A stretch of DNA of 63,126 nt, counting the filler, from an uncultured bacterium (lineage in GTDB: Bacteria; Latescibacterota; UBA2968), in the NCBI GenBank assembly GCA_964471275.1. It is 9 parts of 9 records of this genome, joined end to end, with 100 filler letters (N's around TTAATTAATTAA, not from the genome) between each part and the next. Parts side by side here need not be neighbours in the genome. Positions count along the whole stretch, not along the records: positions 14,696 to 21,691 come from CAYYGZ010000238.1; positions 21,792 to 28,696 come from CAYYGZ010000239.1; positions 28,797 to 35,633 come from CAYYGZ010000240.1; 6 more parts are not named here. The stretch is one strand, 5' to 3'. Shown here piece after piece: positions 20,689 to 30,789 of the stretch; within the stretch, counting starts at the first letter, position 1, and every line of letters begins with the position of its first letter. Under the pieces are notes generated by a model, which saw only the letters and a list, made by a program, of their open reading frames with translations, ran no database searches and was not told where the DNA came from. The position numbers were made by a program, and so were the translations under genes.

Positions 20689-21691
20689 ATGGCCAAACCG
20701 AATTTCATCTTCATCGTGTCGGATTCTCTGCGAGGAGACTGTGTCTCATACGCTGGACATCCTGACGTACAGACACCATTCCTTCAGGAGGCGAGCGAAC
20801 GGGGTCACGTCTTCTGCAATCATCACGCCCAGGCCCCGGTCTGCGGACCATCACGGAACTCCTTCTGGACCGGTCGCTACCCACACAGCAATGGCTCGCA
20901 CAACAATCTGGTCAGCTTCGGGGAGCATCAACGGACATTTGTGGACCTGCTTGGGGAGGATGGCTACGACTGTGTGAGCTTTGGCTCCAATCACCTTCAA
21001 CCAGAGCCGGCCGGTTTTAGAATGCTGGTTTCGAGCAGAAACAAGCATCCCCGGTCTTCATACAGACGGTATCGGGCAGACACAGGCCTGAATGGCGTTC
21101 CCGGGGAGATCGATCAGTCAACGGCTGGTTCATCTCCTCCTTGCGGATTGCTACGCGAGGAGATGGATCTCCTTCCTGACGCCTACGCCACCACGCGTGC
21201 GGTCGAACATCTACAGGATCGTCCCGAGTCCCCGTTCTTTCTCTATCTGGGTCTGCATCTGCCTCACCCGCCATATGCGGCAGACCGAAGACACTTCGAG
21301 ATGTACGACAATACCCGGATTAACATTGCCGACTATCAGGATTCAGGGATACAGTTGCATCCCAAGCTGCAGGAAGTGTACGATGCAGCCAACTACGGCG
21401 CACTGACAGAGGATAACGTTCGGATAATCACGGCGCATTACCTGGCCATGGCCACCTTCGTGGATGAACAGGTTGGCCGAGTGCTCACGACACTCAGAGA
21501 TACCGGACTGGATGGCAATACGCACGTCGTGTTTACATCCGACCACGGAGATTTCTGCGGCGATATGGGAATGTTCGTCAAGACAGACCTCCCGATTCGC
21601 CACCTGACCCACGTGCCGCTCCTCTGGGTTACACCTGAAGGGACCGATGACCGTGTCGAGTCCTTCTCTGAGAATGTTGATTTGGCGCCCA
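20689..21691 (+). CDS. Sulfatase (Cys-type formylglycine enzyme); 3'-truncated
   Basis: PNFIFIVSDSLR, CGPSRNSFWTGRY, PHPPY, FTSDHGD. Confidence 0.93.
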
Positions 21692-21791
21692 NNNNNNNNN
21701 NNNNNNNNNNNNNNNNNNNNNNNNNNNNNNNNNNNTTAATTAATTAANNNNNNNNNNNNNNNNNNNNNNNNNNNNNNNNNNNNNNNNNNNN

Positions 21792-22081
21792 GACACCATC
21801 GACTCTCGGAAAAACCTATAGGATCTGAGGTATGTCTGAAGCGTGGACATCAGAAGCCGCTCGAACTTCTCGAACGGCTTCTCGTAGAAGACGACCCAAT
21901 CCAGATCCTCACCGGAGACTCCCGCCGTATCCAGGCAGAATTGAATCGATTTCTCAGGAAAGCTCGCGTCGTGCTTGATTCTCGTGAATCGCTCCTCTTC
22001 TGACGCCGCGATCAACTCACCATCAAGCAGAATGGCCGCAGCTGCATCGTGGTAGTAGCAGGAGAGACCGAGGATGTGCAC
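21792..22081 (-). CDS. Carbamoyltransferase (NodU/CmcH family), N-terminal part; 3'-truncated
   Basis: ILGLSCYYHDAAAA, EEERFTRIKHD, FYEKPFEKFER. Confidence 0.92.
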
Positions 22082-22083
22082 TA

Positions 22084-22305
22084 TTACTGCCTCTGAGCGT
22101 CTTCGACGGACCGGGTAGGGTGTTTGAGATCAGACCAACCGGACCGCTTGCGTTTCTTGATCCCGAGAGGATCAGCGAACAACCGAACAGCGATCCCGAA
22201 TGGCAGGACGACGGTAGCATACAGGAGCGTGAGGATGACGCGACTGTTGAAATTCCCGATTACCGTCGCGATTCGCATCCAGCCTTGCCACAGTTTTTTC
22301 AACAT
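22084..22305 (-). CDS. Small SxtJ-like membrane protein associated with carbamoyltransferases
   Basis: LWQGWMRIATVIGNFNSRVILTLLY...P...DPL pattern; directly upstream of the carbamoyltransferase. Confidence 0.75.
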   Translation of the reverse strand: MLKKLWQGWMRIATVIGNFNSRVILTLLYATVVLPFGIAVRLFADPLGIKKRKRSGWSDLKHPTRSVEDAQRQ

Positions 22306-22609
22306 GAAAGTTCCTGATGATCCGTGTGCAGGTTCAATGGTAGAATAGTATACTAAAGTAGGGTATCGGCGTGCAGGAAGAACGGGGTGTCCAGATGGAC
22401 AATCGCGTCGGTCAGCATCGGTGTTTGACGCCTTTGGTGGATTGTCCTAGATAGGCTTCGGTTGCGGTGAGCAGGCGGAAGGCAAGCTGGCATATCGGAT
22501 TTCGGTGCGCGCGCCTAGGGTTAAGGGTTCGATTCCGCATGCATATCGCGGTGGATCCCCATAACAACGCCCCTGACAGGGCCGAACCAAGGGCATTCAT
22601 AGGATTAGC

Positions 22610-23969
22610 TTGGCAGACACAAAAAAAATACTCAAAGGTCTCTTCTACACCCTCGGCAGCGGCTATGTCGCCCGGATGGCGAGTGTCGTCCTGACCTTCA
22701 TGATCCGCCGCGAACTCGGGACCGATCCGTTTGATGCAACCGTCTGGGCGGTCGTCGTCTTTGTCCTGCTCTCCAACCTCAGTCAGTTCGGTTTGATCCA
22801 CTCGCTCTTACATTACCAGGACGACGTCAATCCGCGTGTAAGCCCGAACAACTCATTTGTCCGTACCCACTTCACGATCAGCCTCCTGATTGGCGGTGCG
22901 GTCTTCTTCATATCTGCTGCGGTTGCGTTGTTGATCGACTATGACGGTGAATCGATTGGCTGGACCGGAACCGTCCTTCTCATCTTCTCCGGCCTGTTCC
23001 TGCTCCGTAGCCTCTCGGTCACACCTGAAGCCCTTCTTCGAAAAGACTTCGAACACCGCAGCCTGTCTCTCATCCACGGTCTCGGTACGATTGCCGCGCT
23101 CGGCGGAACACTCTGGCTGGCCACATCGGGAGCCGGCGTCTGGAGTCTGATCGTCGGTGGCTGGAGCACCTTCTCCGTATACAGCGTCGTCTACATCGCG
23201 ATCTTCGTCATCTCCGTCTGGACCCTCAGACCCGTCAGCGTATGGCCCTTGCGACTCGATCCCGTCTGGTCTCGTCGCATCCTCAGCTTCGGCGTCTGGG
23301 TCTGGCTGAGTTCCCAGCTTCAGAACTTCGTCTGGTTCTACGACAAGCTCATCATGCCTTACTTCGTGACCGCAACAGACCTGTCTCTCTACGAGAACAC
23401 CTGGTGGCTGATGCAGATCCCGACCGCACTCATCACCCACATCATCATGAACTATACGGTCACTGTCTACGCAAAGGTAAAAGATCAGCGCGATCAACTC
23501 AGCATCGTATACACCCGTGCGTTGACCCTGATCTTCCGCATATCTGCTCCTGTGGCGCTGATCCTGATCCTGAATGCCGAATTGATCGTNNNNNNNNNNN
23601 NNNNNNNNNNNNNNNNNNNNNNNNNNNNNNNNNNNNNNNNNNNNNNNNNNNNNNNNNNNNNNNNNNNNNNNNNNNNNNNNNNNNNNNNNGGGTGTCCTCA
23701 CCTGCCTGAAACGCCACATCGACGTCTCGCTCAGTCGGGTATTCGCCGCTCCCGTCCTGGCCCTCATCGTCTCTGCGATCTGTGCGCTCTACCTGTTCCC
23801 GGTCCTGAAATCGGGTGCAACCCTACCCGACCTCGCGATCAAGACAACACTCACAACGCTGACCTATCTGACGATACTCTGGATAGCGGAAAAACGCTAT
23901 TTGCTCCAGATGTGGGGCGAGATGCGGCAGATCATGTCGGACAGTGAGAAGACATCGGCCAGCACCTAA
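22610..23969 (+). CDS. Oligosaccharide flippase (Wzx/PST family); contains a 100-N gap
   Basis: Many TM helices, PEALLRKDFEHR, GAGVWSLIVG, YDKLI; after the gap the hydrophobic frame GVLTCLKRHIDVSL... ends at TAA 23967-23969. Confidence 0.8.
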
Positions 23970-24081
23970 AACGGCGCATCCCAAGCCGAACAGCCTTTTT
24001 CCTTGATTCACTGTGCGGTGCGAGTACCTTTTTTTTTATTCAAAACGTTCGACAACCCAACACACTGATGCGAGAAGAGAT

Positions 24082-25167
24082 ATGGGATACATGCAGGCCT
24101 ACAGGGTCGGTGACTCCAGCGGCGAGTCGCCGCTCGGCAAAATATCCCGACTCCTGACCGGTGAAGGCATCGATTGTGACGACCTCGGAGACGCGGATCC
24201 TGAAAACGGCTGCGTCCTGATCGACTTTACCCAGGGCGAAAGCCTGCTAGACGACACGGTTGCCAGCGTGCCGCAGCTCCCTCAAATCCTCGTCGCCAGT
24301 ACGATGACGCTCGGATCCAAGCAGCTGGATATCGCGGACGACTACGTCTCCCCTGACATGCCGGATGCCGAAATCATTAGGCGGATCACGTGCATGACCA
24401 ACGCGATGATTCGGATCACCGAAGAAGTCCCGGAGCCGGACAAGAGTCAGATCCTGGTAGACGGCGATACCGGGAAAGAGGATCCACTTCACGAGTTTGT
24501 GAAGCTTCTCGATGAGCTCGAGATCCAGTGGTCGCCCCTTGAAGATGAGAACGACCCGCAAGGTTCCGGAATCATCTATTCTCACTACCGCAGGTTGTCG
24601 TATGCCCGAATGCTGCAATCCGATTTCCCTGGCTATCTTCACATTCAAATGGCCCCGACGGCCGAGCTGCGTGAAGAGGCTTTGTCCGTTGGTGATTTCT
24701 CTTACGTCACGCCAAAAGCGACGGCAGGCGAAATCGGTGCGCGGCACAAGCGTGTCCTGAGTATGCTGGAACGACTCCGCGACCCCGATTCCGCCCGCGC
24801 CGAATCGTCGGGAGAGCCGGCGCTGGACGTCCTGTTTATCGGCGACCGAAACATCGGGAATAACCTGAAGAACGGGTTCGGCGAAGAAATCGATCTGGCC
24901 ACGATGGCGACGACCGCCGGCGCGATGGCCGAGGCGAAGAAACACGAAACCGTGCTGATCTACCTCGGCGGCAAGGATGACGCCAAACAGCGGCTCGCCT
25001 TCCTCCAGATGCTACTCAAAGAAGAGGACGCACCTGAACTCGCCCTCCTCTTTCTCAAGCAGGCGCCCGATCAGCTGCGCGCGTTTTGTGACAAGAATGA
25101 TGTCACGATCATTGAATCCAAGAGCCCGCGTGAAATCGCGGACGCCCTGCTGGCCGTGTCCGACTAG
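24082..25167 (+). CDS. Hypothetical acidic protein with several degenerate receiver(REC)-like alpha/beta repeats
   Basis: VLIDF...ILVAS...ADDYVSPDMPDAEIIRRI; ALSVGDFSYVTPKATAGEIGAR; DVLFIGD...VLIYL resemble REC strand/helix patterns without canonical phosphoacceptor motifs. Confidence 0.55.
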   Translation: MGYMQAYRVGDSSGESPLGKISRLLTGEGIDCDDLGDADPENGCVLIDFTQGESLLDDTVASVPQLPQILVASTMTLGSKQLDIADDYVSPDMPDAEIIRRITCMTNAMIRITEEVPEPDKSQILVDGDTGKEDPLHEFVKLLDELEIQWSPLEDENDPQGSGIIYSHYRRLSYARMLQSDFPGYLHIQMAPTAELREEALSVGDFSYVTPKATAGEIGARHKRVLSMLERLRDPDSARAESSGEPALDVLFIGDRNIGNNLKNGFGEEIDLATMATTAGAMAEAKKHETVLIYLGGKDDAKQRLAFLQMLLKEEDAPELALLFLKQAPDQLRAFCDKNDVTIIESKSPREIADALLAVSD

Positions 25168-25636
25168 CCTGACACCGTCTGAGATACGTTACGAATGCCC
25201 TGTCAGGCCTCGCTGGTGACGGGGCGTTTTTGTGATAGAGACCTGGGGCTGCCGCCCCAAGCCAGCGATGGGTCGCCCCGTTGGGGCTTGATGTCAAACC
25301 CAACAGAGTATGGCCAGAAGTGACAGCACCATTGCGACGTTCTGAGAGGTCGGCCATATGCATACCGGGTTCGCACGGTCCCGAAATGTGTCACCAATCA
25401 GTGCGTGTAGACCGGTCTCTCGATACACCGTCCATCGCGTGAAGCTACGCTGGACGGCACTCGAAAACACGGTGGTAAAGGCCCGTTGCCCGGCAGAACA
25501 ATCCAGCCGTAGCGGTTTCTGCCCTTCCCCTCTGCCGATTCACGTTCTTCCCCATAGTGGTTCCCCAAAAGCGAGACGTTTTCAAGCTGCTATTAAAGTT
25601 GATTGATGTGCTTCATTCACTTCGTTTGGTGTTCGT

Positions 25637-25771
25637 ATGTCTGCCGACAGGCATACGGTTCGATGGAACGGAAAAGACGATCTCGGGAGGATCTCTTCCA
25701 GCGGGATCTACTTCGTACGGATGGTGGCTGGTTCCGGACAGGCGATCCGGAAGGTCGTGCTGATGAAATAG
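25637..25771 (+). pseudogene. Orphan FlgD-Ig / T9SS type A C-terminal sorting domain fragment (44 aa)
   Basis: MSADRHTVRWNGKDDLGRISSSGIYFVRMVAGSGQAIRKVVLMK* matches the WNGxDxxG...SGxYF...RKxxLxK* signature; in-frame stop shortly upstream. Confidence 0.75.
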
Positions 25772-25876
25772 CATGGAAGAAACCCGTCACGCTGGCTGCG
25801 AGCCGGAGATCGGTCCAAGGAAAGGGGAAGACCTTTGGCCCAGTCCTCCGCGAGACGCGTGGAAACAACGTTGCTC

Positions 25877-25919
25877 AAAAAAAAGAGTGCGAGACTCCGA
25901 GACACGAACGGAGTCTCGC
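25877..25919 (-). terminator. Rho-independent terminator
   Basis: GCGAGACTCCG / CGGAGTCTCGC 11-bp stem followed on the minus strand by ACTC and T8. Confidence 0.75.
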
Positions 25920-25952
25920 CCCTTCTTTGTGCTGCCAGCGGGGAAGAGAGAG

Positions 25953-25971
25953 TGGTGAGCGCGAGTGGATT
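25953..25971 (-). other. tRNA 3'-end-like fragment (possible att-site relic)
   Basis: Minus strand AAT-CCACT-CGCGCTC-A-CCA has T-stem/acceptor/discriminator/CCA spacing and lies about 35 nt upstream of a terminator; no 5' tRNA half is visible. Confidence 0.4.
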
Positions 25972-26210
25972 GGTAATAGCCGGGTCTCGATTGGCGCTCG
26001 ACCTGACGGCGCGTAGTCGTGTAGGAAACAGGATCACTCGGGCGAATTGTGTCCCGAACAATGGCGTTGCACCCTCGGGCACGAGCCCAAGGGTGAGGGT
26101 GACACAGTAGGCTCTTTGATCACGGGCTCCTGCCCGGAACCTCCCATTGTGATGCGGCATCCTTACCCTTGTGCTTCGCACAAGGGCGCATAGTCGCGTA
26201 CAGAGCCCCC

Positions 26211-26255
26211 AAAAAAAAGACCCGGGCAAGCGCCCCCCTTGGCCGCCCGGGTCTT
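26211..26255 (-). terminator. Rho-independent terminator of the 26280..27386 gene
   Basis: GACCCGGGC / GCCCGGGTC stem followed by T8 on the minus strand. Confidence 0.8.
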
Positions 26256-26279
26256 CTCACGTTCTGGGGTCGATCCTCG

Positions 26280-27386
26280 CTACACCACCAGCGTTGTCCG
26301 GTTGGCCAGATTGGCTGCCGTGGACGCTGTCGCGTTGGATGAGGAGCTTTCGAGACGGTTGTTCTCGTTATTCAGGTCTCGAATTTCTCTCTGGGTGTTT
26401 CTCAAGCTCTGTTCCAGCTGTCGTTCCTGAATCGCAAGATCTCGAACCTGCTGATCGTTCGCGTCCACTCGCGACTCCCGACGTGCCTGTCCCGTCTGGG
26501 CCGCGTTCTCCGCGGTCGCTCTCAGATTCTGTTGAGACTGGACCTCCGCATCGACACGGAGACCTCGTTCGATATCTGATGAATCCTCGCGAAGGTTCTC
26601 CTGAATCTCGGGCGTCGTGTTCGCGCGGCTTATCTGGTCGGAGGTCGGACGCTGGGTGGGCGCGGTCTGTGTATCCGGAGTGGGTGCATCAGTTGAGGGA
26701 GCAGCCTGGTCCTGGTTCGAGCGGAGAAGTCGAATCGATGCGTCCGCCTGCCTGTTCAGCTGCCTGGCCTGGACACCGGCAAAACTTCCTGCCTCCGAAG
26801 GGATATCGCGGAAAGCCTGTCTGGTCTCGGCAGATCTCGCGTTTCCCGCGGTCGTGGGGCGTGCGTTGCGAAGACTTTCAAACCGATTGAGCGTCGACTG
26901 AACAGCAGCATTCTCAGAGCCCTGATCGAGTCTGCCAGCCCCCGTCGCAGCAGCAGTTGCGGAGCGTCGTCCTCTTGCTTCCACAGTTCGTACACCGGGA
27001 AGTGTCGCCTGAGTCGGGAGTGTCCGGCGAGAGGGTTCTTGCTGCGTCTGAGGAGTGGATTCCTCAGAGTCGTCAGAAGACCGGTCGACGCGGTTTCGAT
27101 TGCGCACCCGGTCACGGATGGAGTCCGCCGTCTGCGTCGCGACAGGGAGTTGATCCTGGGCACGCTCATTCTGACCGACCCCGCGACTGCGCTCATCCTG
27201 CTCTGCGCGTTCGGCACGATCCGTCTCCCGAGCGTTTTCGCGGCGCTCAGTCTGGCGCTGATTCCGTACGCGGCCAACTCCTGCGCCCGCGATGCGTTCA
27301 GCGCTAAATCTGGATACAAATATCGGCATCGACTCGTCAGTCCTCGGCAAGACTTGAATACGATGAGTCGTTCTACTGTCCTGCAA
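26280..27386 (-). CDS. Hypothetical low-complexity R/Q/A/S/T-rich protein with a C-terminal coiled coil
   Basis: Long ORF followed by a terminator; QVRDLAIQERQLEQSLRNTQREIRDL heptads; true start uncertain. Confidence 0.65.
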   Translation of the reverse strand: MQDSRTTHRIQVLPRTDESMPIFVSRFSAERIAGAGVGRVRNQRQTERRENARETDRAERAEQDERSRGVGQNERAQDQLPVATQTADSIRDRVRNRNRVDRSSDDSEESTPQTQQEPSRRTLPTQATLPGVRTVEARGRRSATAAATGAGRLDQGSENAAVQSTLNRFESLRNARPTTAGNARSAETRQAFRDIPSEAGSFAGVQARQLNRQADASIRLLRSNQDQAAPSTDAPTPDTQTAPTQRPTSDQISRANTTPEIQENLREDSSDIERGLRVDAEVQSQQNLRATAENAAQTGQARRESRVDANDQQVRDLAIQERQLEQSLRNTQREIRDLNNENNRLESSSSNATASTAANLANRTTLVV

Positions 27387-27449
27387 ATAAGGTACGGAAT
27401 CAATCAGGCGATGTCAACGCAAGGAAGAACCGAAAACACTGAAGAATCA

Positions 27450-27916
27450 AGACTTACCTGTCGCAGCGTAAACCATATAGGACTGGTCCACGCTATCTGG
27501 CCGTCAGCTTGTGTAATCCGTAGGTAATAGTAACAGGTCTGCGACCGTCCCCTTACCGTGCGCTGCAGCGCGATACGCGTCAGATCCTGCTGATCAACCC
27601 ACTCGAACTCGACATCCTCACCATCACCGCGATAAGTACAGACTTCGGTATTGTTCCGAATAACCTCGATCCGCTCGATCAGGTCTGTCCCGTGTACACC
27701 GGCTCTGATCTTTCGTTCCGCCAGCAGAAAGCGGTTCGAGTCATCCACCTCGACAAGGCTGCCCGTCCGGCCTCGACCCGGACCGCATCCCGACCGACGC
27801 CCAGTCGACTGTTGCTGCCTGCGGCGAACCCGGCGACAACGCCGTCCGCCAGCACCGCGTGACACGTTCGCGCAGGATGTCTGTCCAGGCGTATGTCTGA
27901 ACTGCGCGCGCCCCAT
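27450..27916 (-). pseudogene. C-terminal remnant of a DUF3604/PHP-type (CehA/McbA-like) metallohydrolase
   Basis: VHGTDLIERIEVIRNN...YYYLRITQADGQIAWTSPIW is the typical C-terminal Ig-like tail; the upstream part switches frame and the catalytic domain is absent. Confidence 0.6.
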
Positions 27917-28020
27917 TCCTCTAGATAATCCACGGGGCGTTTTGTTCCCACAATTCTGGCAGCCCTACCCAGAAGCACCCATCGCAAGTAGGATGGCGCA
28001 CGGCGCGGTGAAATCCTATA

Positions 28021-28043
28021 TTCGAACCCGTTCCACCCGACCA
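28021..28043 (+). other. tRNA(Pro)-like 3'-end fragment (possible att-site relic)
   Basis: TTCGAAC-CCGTT-CCACCCG-A-CCA: exact T-loop (7), T-stem (5), acceptor (7), A73, CCA spacing; upstream sequence cannot form the T-stem. Confidence 0.55.
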
Positions 28044-28070
28044 TCAACACTGACTCCCGGAAAGGTTGCG

Positions 28071-28696
28071 ATGCTGTCTCAAGATCAGATCGATTCCTAC
28101 CACGAGAACGGATACATCGGTGTCGAAGGGGTTCTGAACGAAGAGGAGATCGGCGCACTGCGAGAAACAACCGACCTCTTTGTCGAGAAATCGAAAACCG
28201 TGACAGAGCATACGGATGTGTTCGACCTGGAGCCCGGGCATACGCCAGCAGAACCAAAGCTCAGACGACTGAAGAGTCCGATCGAGCAGCACGAAGTTTA
28301 CAGGAACGCCCTCCATCATCCTTCGATTCTGGAAATCGTGTCCCAACTGATCGGTTTCGAGCTCCGATGCAACGGGAACAAGCTCAACATGAAATTGCCC
28401 GAGTTCGGCAGTCCCGTGGAATGGCACCAGGATTGGGCCTTCTACCCGCACACCAATGACGATCTGCTTGCCGTTGGCATCTGCATCGACGACATGACGA
28501 TCAAGAATGGCGCGCTGCTCGTGCTGCCGGGGACGCACAAGGGACCGATACTCGACCATCACCACGAGGGTCATTTCTCCGGGGCCATCACGGACCCGGC
28601 CTTCAATGACGAGGGGGCGATTCCTATCGAGCTCAAGGCTGGGGGTATCTCGATCCACCACGCCCGGGTGATTCACGGCTCCACACCAAACAGGTC
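28071..28696 (+). CDS. Phytanoyl-CoA dioxygenase (PhyH) family Fe(II)/2-oxoglutarate dioxygenase; 3'-truncated
   Basis: MLSQDQIDSYHENGY, WHQDW, NGALLVLPGTHK, HGSTPN. Confidence 0.92.
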
Positions 28697-28796
28697 NNNN
28701 NNNNNNNNNNNNNNNNNNNNNNNNNNNNNNNNNNNNNNNNTTAATTAATTAANNNNNNNNNNNNNNNNNNNNNNNNNNNNNNNNNNNNNNNNNNNN

Positions 28797-29166
28797 AGTC
28801 GATGCGATGGAGAATACGGAGGCCAACCGGCTGATGGAGGCGAATCGGTATCTGGAGGCAACGCCGCCGGAGGAGATGGTGTCGGAGATGGCGAAGAACA
28901 TGTCGAAGAATCTGCCGGAGGAGAAACGGCAGGAACTCATCGATGTTATCACAAAGCATCTTGACCTCGTGCGTTTGCGGAAGGCTATGGTCGATGCGAT
29001 GGTGAAGCACTTTACGGCAGACGAGCTGAAGGCGTTGGCGGATTTTTACGGATCGCCGGTGGGGAAGTCAGCGATGTCGAAGTTTGGACCGTATATGGCG
29101 GAGGTGATGCCGAGCATTCAGACGAATGTGATGAAGGCGTTGGCCGATTTTATGGAGAAGAAGTAG
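28797..29166 (+). CDS. DUF2059-like helical protein; 5'-truncated
   Basis: KHFTADELKALADFYGSPVGKS signature. Confidence 0.8.
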
Positions 29167-29406
29167 GGGGAAGAGAACGGCAGATCGGTAGAGCGCAGGG
29201 GGCACAGGGCAGAGCGAAGGTCTGAATAGCGGGACGAGTATTCGAGGATAGAGCCGGTATGAGTCAGATTCGGTGAGTGCCATTTCCAGGCAATCCGATG
29301 GTGTGCTCGGGCTTGCCGTGGCTGCAAGAAAATTAGCCGAATCTGAGGAGGCTGCCCGGAAAGGGTTCGCGAACAGTCGCGATTTCCGGCGGGTGGTAGA
29401 CTGCGA

Positions 29407-29830
29407 TTGCGAACGGATGCTTCGGTGTTTCGATTGCGGGTGAGCTGGGACGAAGGGAGGGCGTCGACTTGTTTCGATGTCTACGTAGATGGTCAGTTCT
29501 GGAAGGCGACACAGATACCTGCGGATACCCAGACCGAGATCGACTGTTTCAGCGATGTGCCCTGTGGATTCAGAGATGTCTCCATCTACCTGCCACTGCG
29601 GCACGAAGTTCGGATCGATGCGTGGGCAGTCGATCACGACGCTGTCTGTGAAAGACCGACAACCTTTACCGAGCCGCCCCCCATCCTCCTGTATGGTTCC
29701 TCCATCGCTCAGGGCGTCGGTGCGTTTCGGGCCGGTATGAGCTATATCGCGATACTCAGCCGGGTGATGGTTGTGGATCACGTGAATATGAGGTCTGGTG
29801 GTGCGGGCAAGGCGGTGGCGGAGATCGTCA
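29407..29830 (+). pseudogene. SGNH/GDSL hydrolase remnant
   Basis: IYLPL...ILLYGSSIAQG...AGMSYIAILSR...HVNM; ends abruptly against the convergent gene and lacks blocks III/V and a clean start. Confidence 0.65.
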
Positions 29831-30613
29831 CTCGCGCATCAGGATCTCTTCGACGAGTGCGACGTTCTCTTCCACCATATCGTCCTTGTCACCCCGATTC
29901 ATGCCAACGTTGACGACGTCACCCAGTTTGATCTGATCGAGGGCATATTCGAAGGCCATGCGCGCGTCGATGCGGCCAGCACCCATGATCTTGTAGCCGA
30001 TGCAGGGCTTTGAGATCGCGCGGATGCATTCGGTGGCGGCCGGTACGTCACGAAGCTTGAATTTCAGTCCGGCTCCTTCGTGGAGGCTCCCGCAGTTAAA
30101 GAAGGGGACGGCGTGGAAGTCGACGAGGTTGAGACTGTCCACCCAGAGATGTGCTTTGGGGGCGTGAGCTGCGACGCCGACTATGACGTCACAGGACTTC
30201 GCGTGCTCGACCCATTTTCGGAGCGTTTCAGCGTCTTGCTTCGCATACAGCTGGTCGATCTTTCCGCCGTGGAAGTAGAGTGCCTTGCAGCCGACTTCGG
30301 CAACTTCTTCGACTGATTTGGCCATTTCTGTCTTCGCACGGTTGTTGACCTGAGCGATCCATTGCAGTTTTCCACCCCCGGACATGTACTCTGACACGGC
30401 TTGCATCACGCGAGGCGTCTCGTTGTTCGTGATCATCGTGTTGATCCCGGCCGCTTCGGCGCGATCCCACGTTTCGTGGATGCGCTCGACTGTGTGGTAG
30501 GCGATCATCTCAGCATCACGCGATTTGCTTTGGTGGCTGTATCCACCAAAGGGGTTTGCACCGATGATGAGTCTGTTAACGCGGAGGCCGCAGAAGTCGA
30601 CTGTCGGTAGCAT
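29828..30613 (-). CDS. Aldo/keto reductase-like TIM-barrel protein
   Basis: MLPTVDFCGLRVNRLIIGANPFGGYSH, GVAAHAP, KPCIGYKIMGAGR; AAGGA RBS before ATG 30613. Confidence 0.75.
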   Translation of the reverse strand: MLPTVDFCGLRVNRLIIGANPFGGYSHQSKSRDAEMIAYHTVERIHETWDRAEAAGINTMITNNETPRVMQAVSEYMSGGGKLQWIAQVNNRAKTEMAKSVEEVAEVGCKALYFHGGKIDQLYAKQDAETLRKWVEHAKSCDVIVGVAAHAPKAHLWVDSLNLVDFHAVPFFNCGSLHEGAGLKFKLRDVPAATECIRAISKPCIGYKIMGAGRIDARMAFEYALDQIKLGDVVNVGMNRGDKDDMVEENVALVEEILMRE

Positions 30614-30789
30614 CGGGATGTCCTTTCGAGTTGAGATCGGTGTCTGTGGTGAAACGTTCGGGTAATTTGACACGCTCGTCCAGTAGAGTTTTCGGGACTG
30701 GCGTGGGTGGTTGCGGTGCTGTACTGTAACTGGCGCCCCGGGCTAATGACGCCATGCCCCTTGCGGGGCTCACCCTGGGAGAGGCGGGA

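Noticed and set aside
21792..22305. SxtJ-like gene plus carbamoyltransferase as a saxitoxin cluster
   Set aside because: This pair is widespread near surface-polysaccharide genes (a Wzx flippase is divergent here), and no sxtA/sxtG-like genes are visible.
25167..25560. Several inverted repeats downstream of the 24082 gene, considered as a riboswitch (c-di-GMP), RNase P or SRP RNA
   Set aside because: None of the conserved sequence cores of these RNAs could be found on either strand, and short GC-rich stems are expected by chance.
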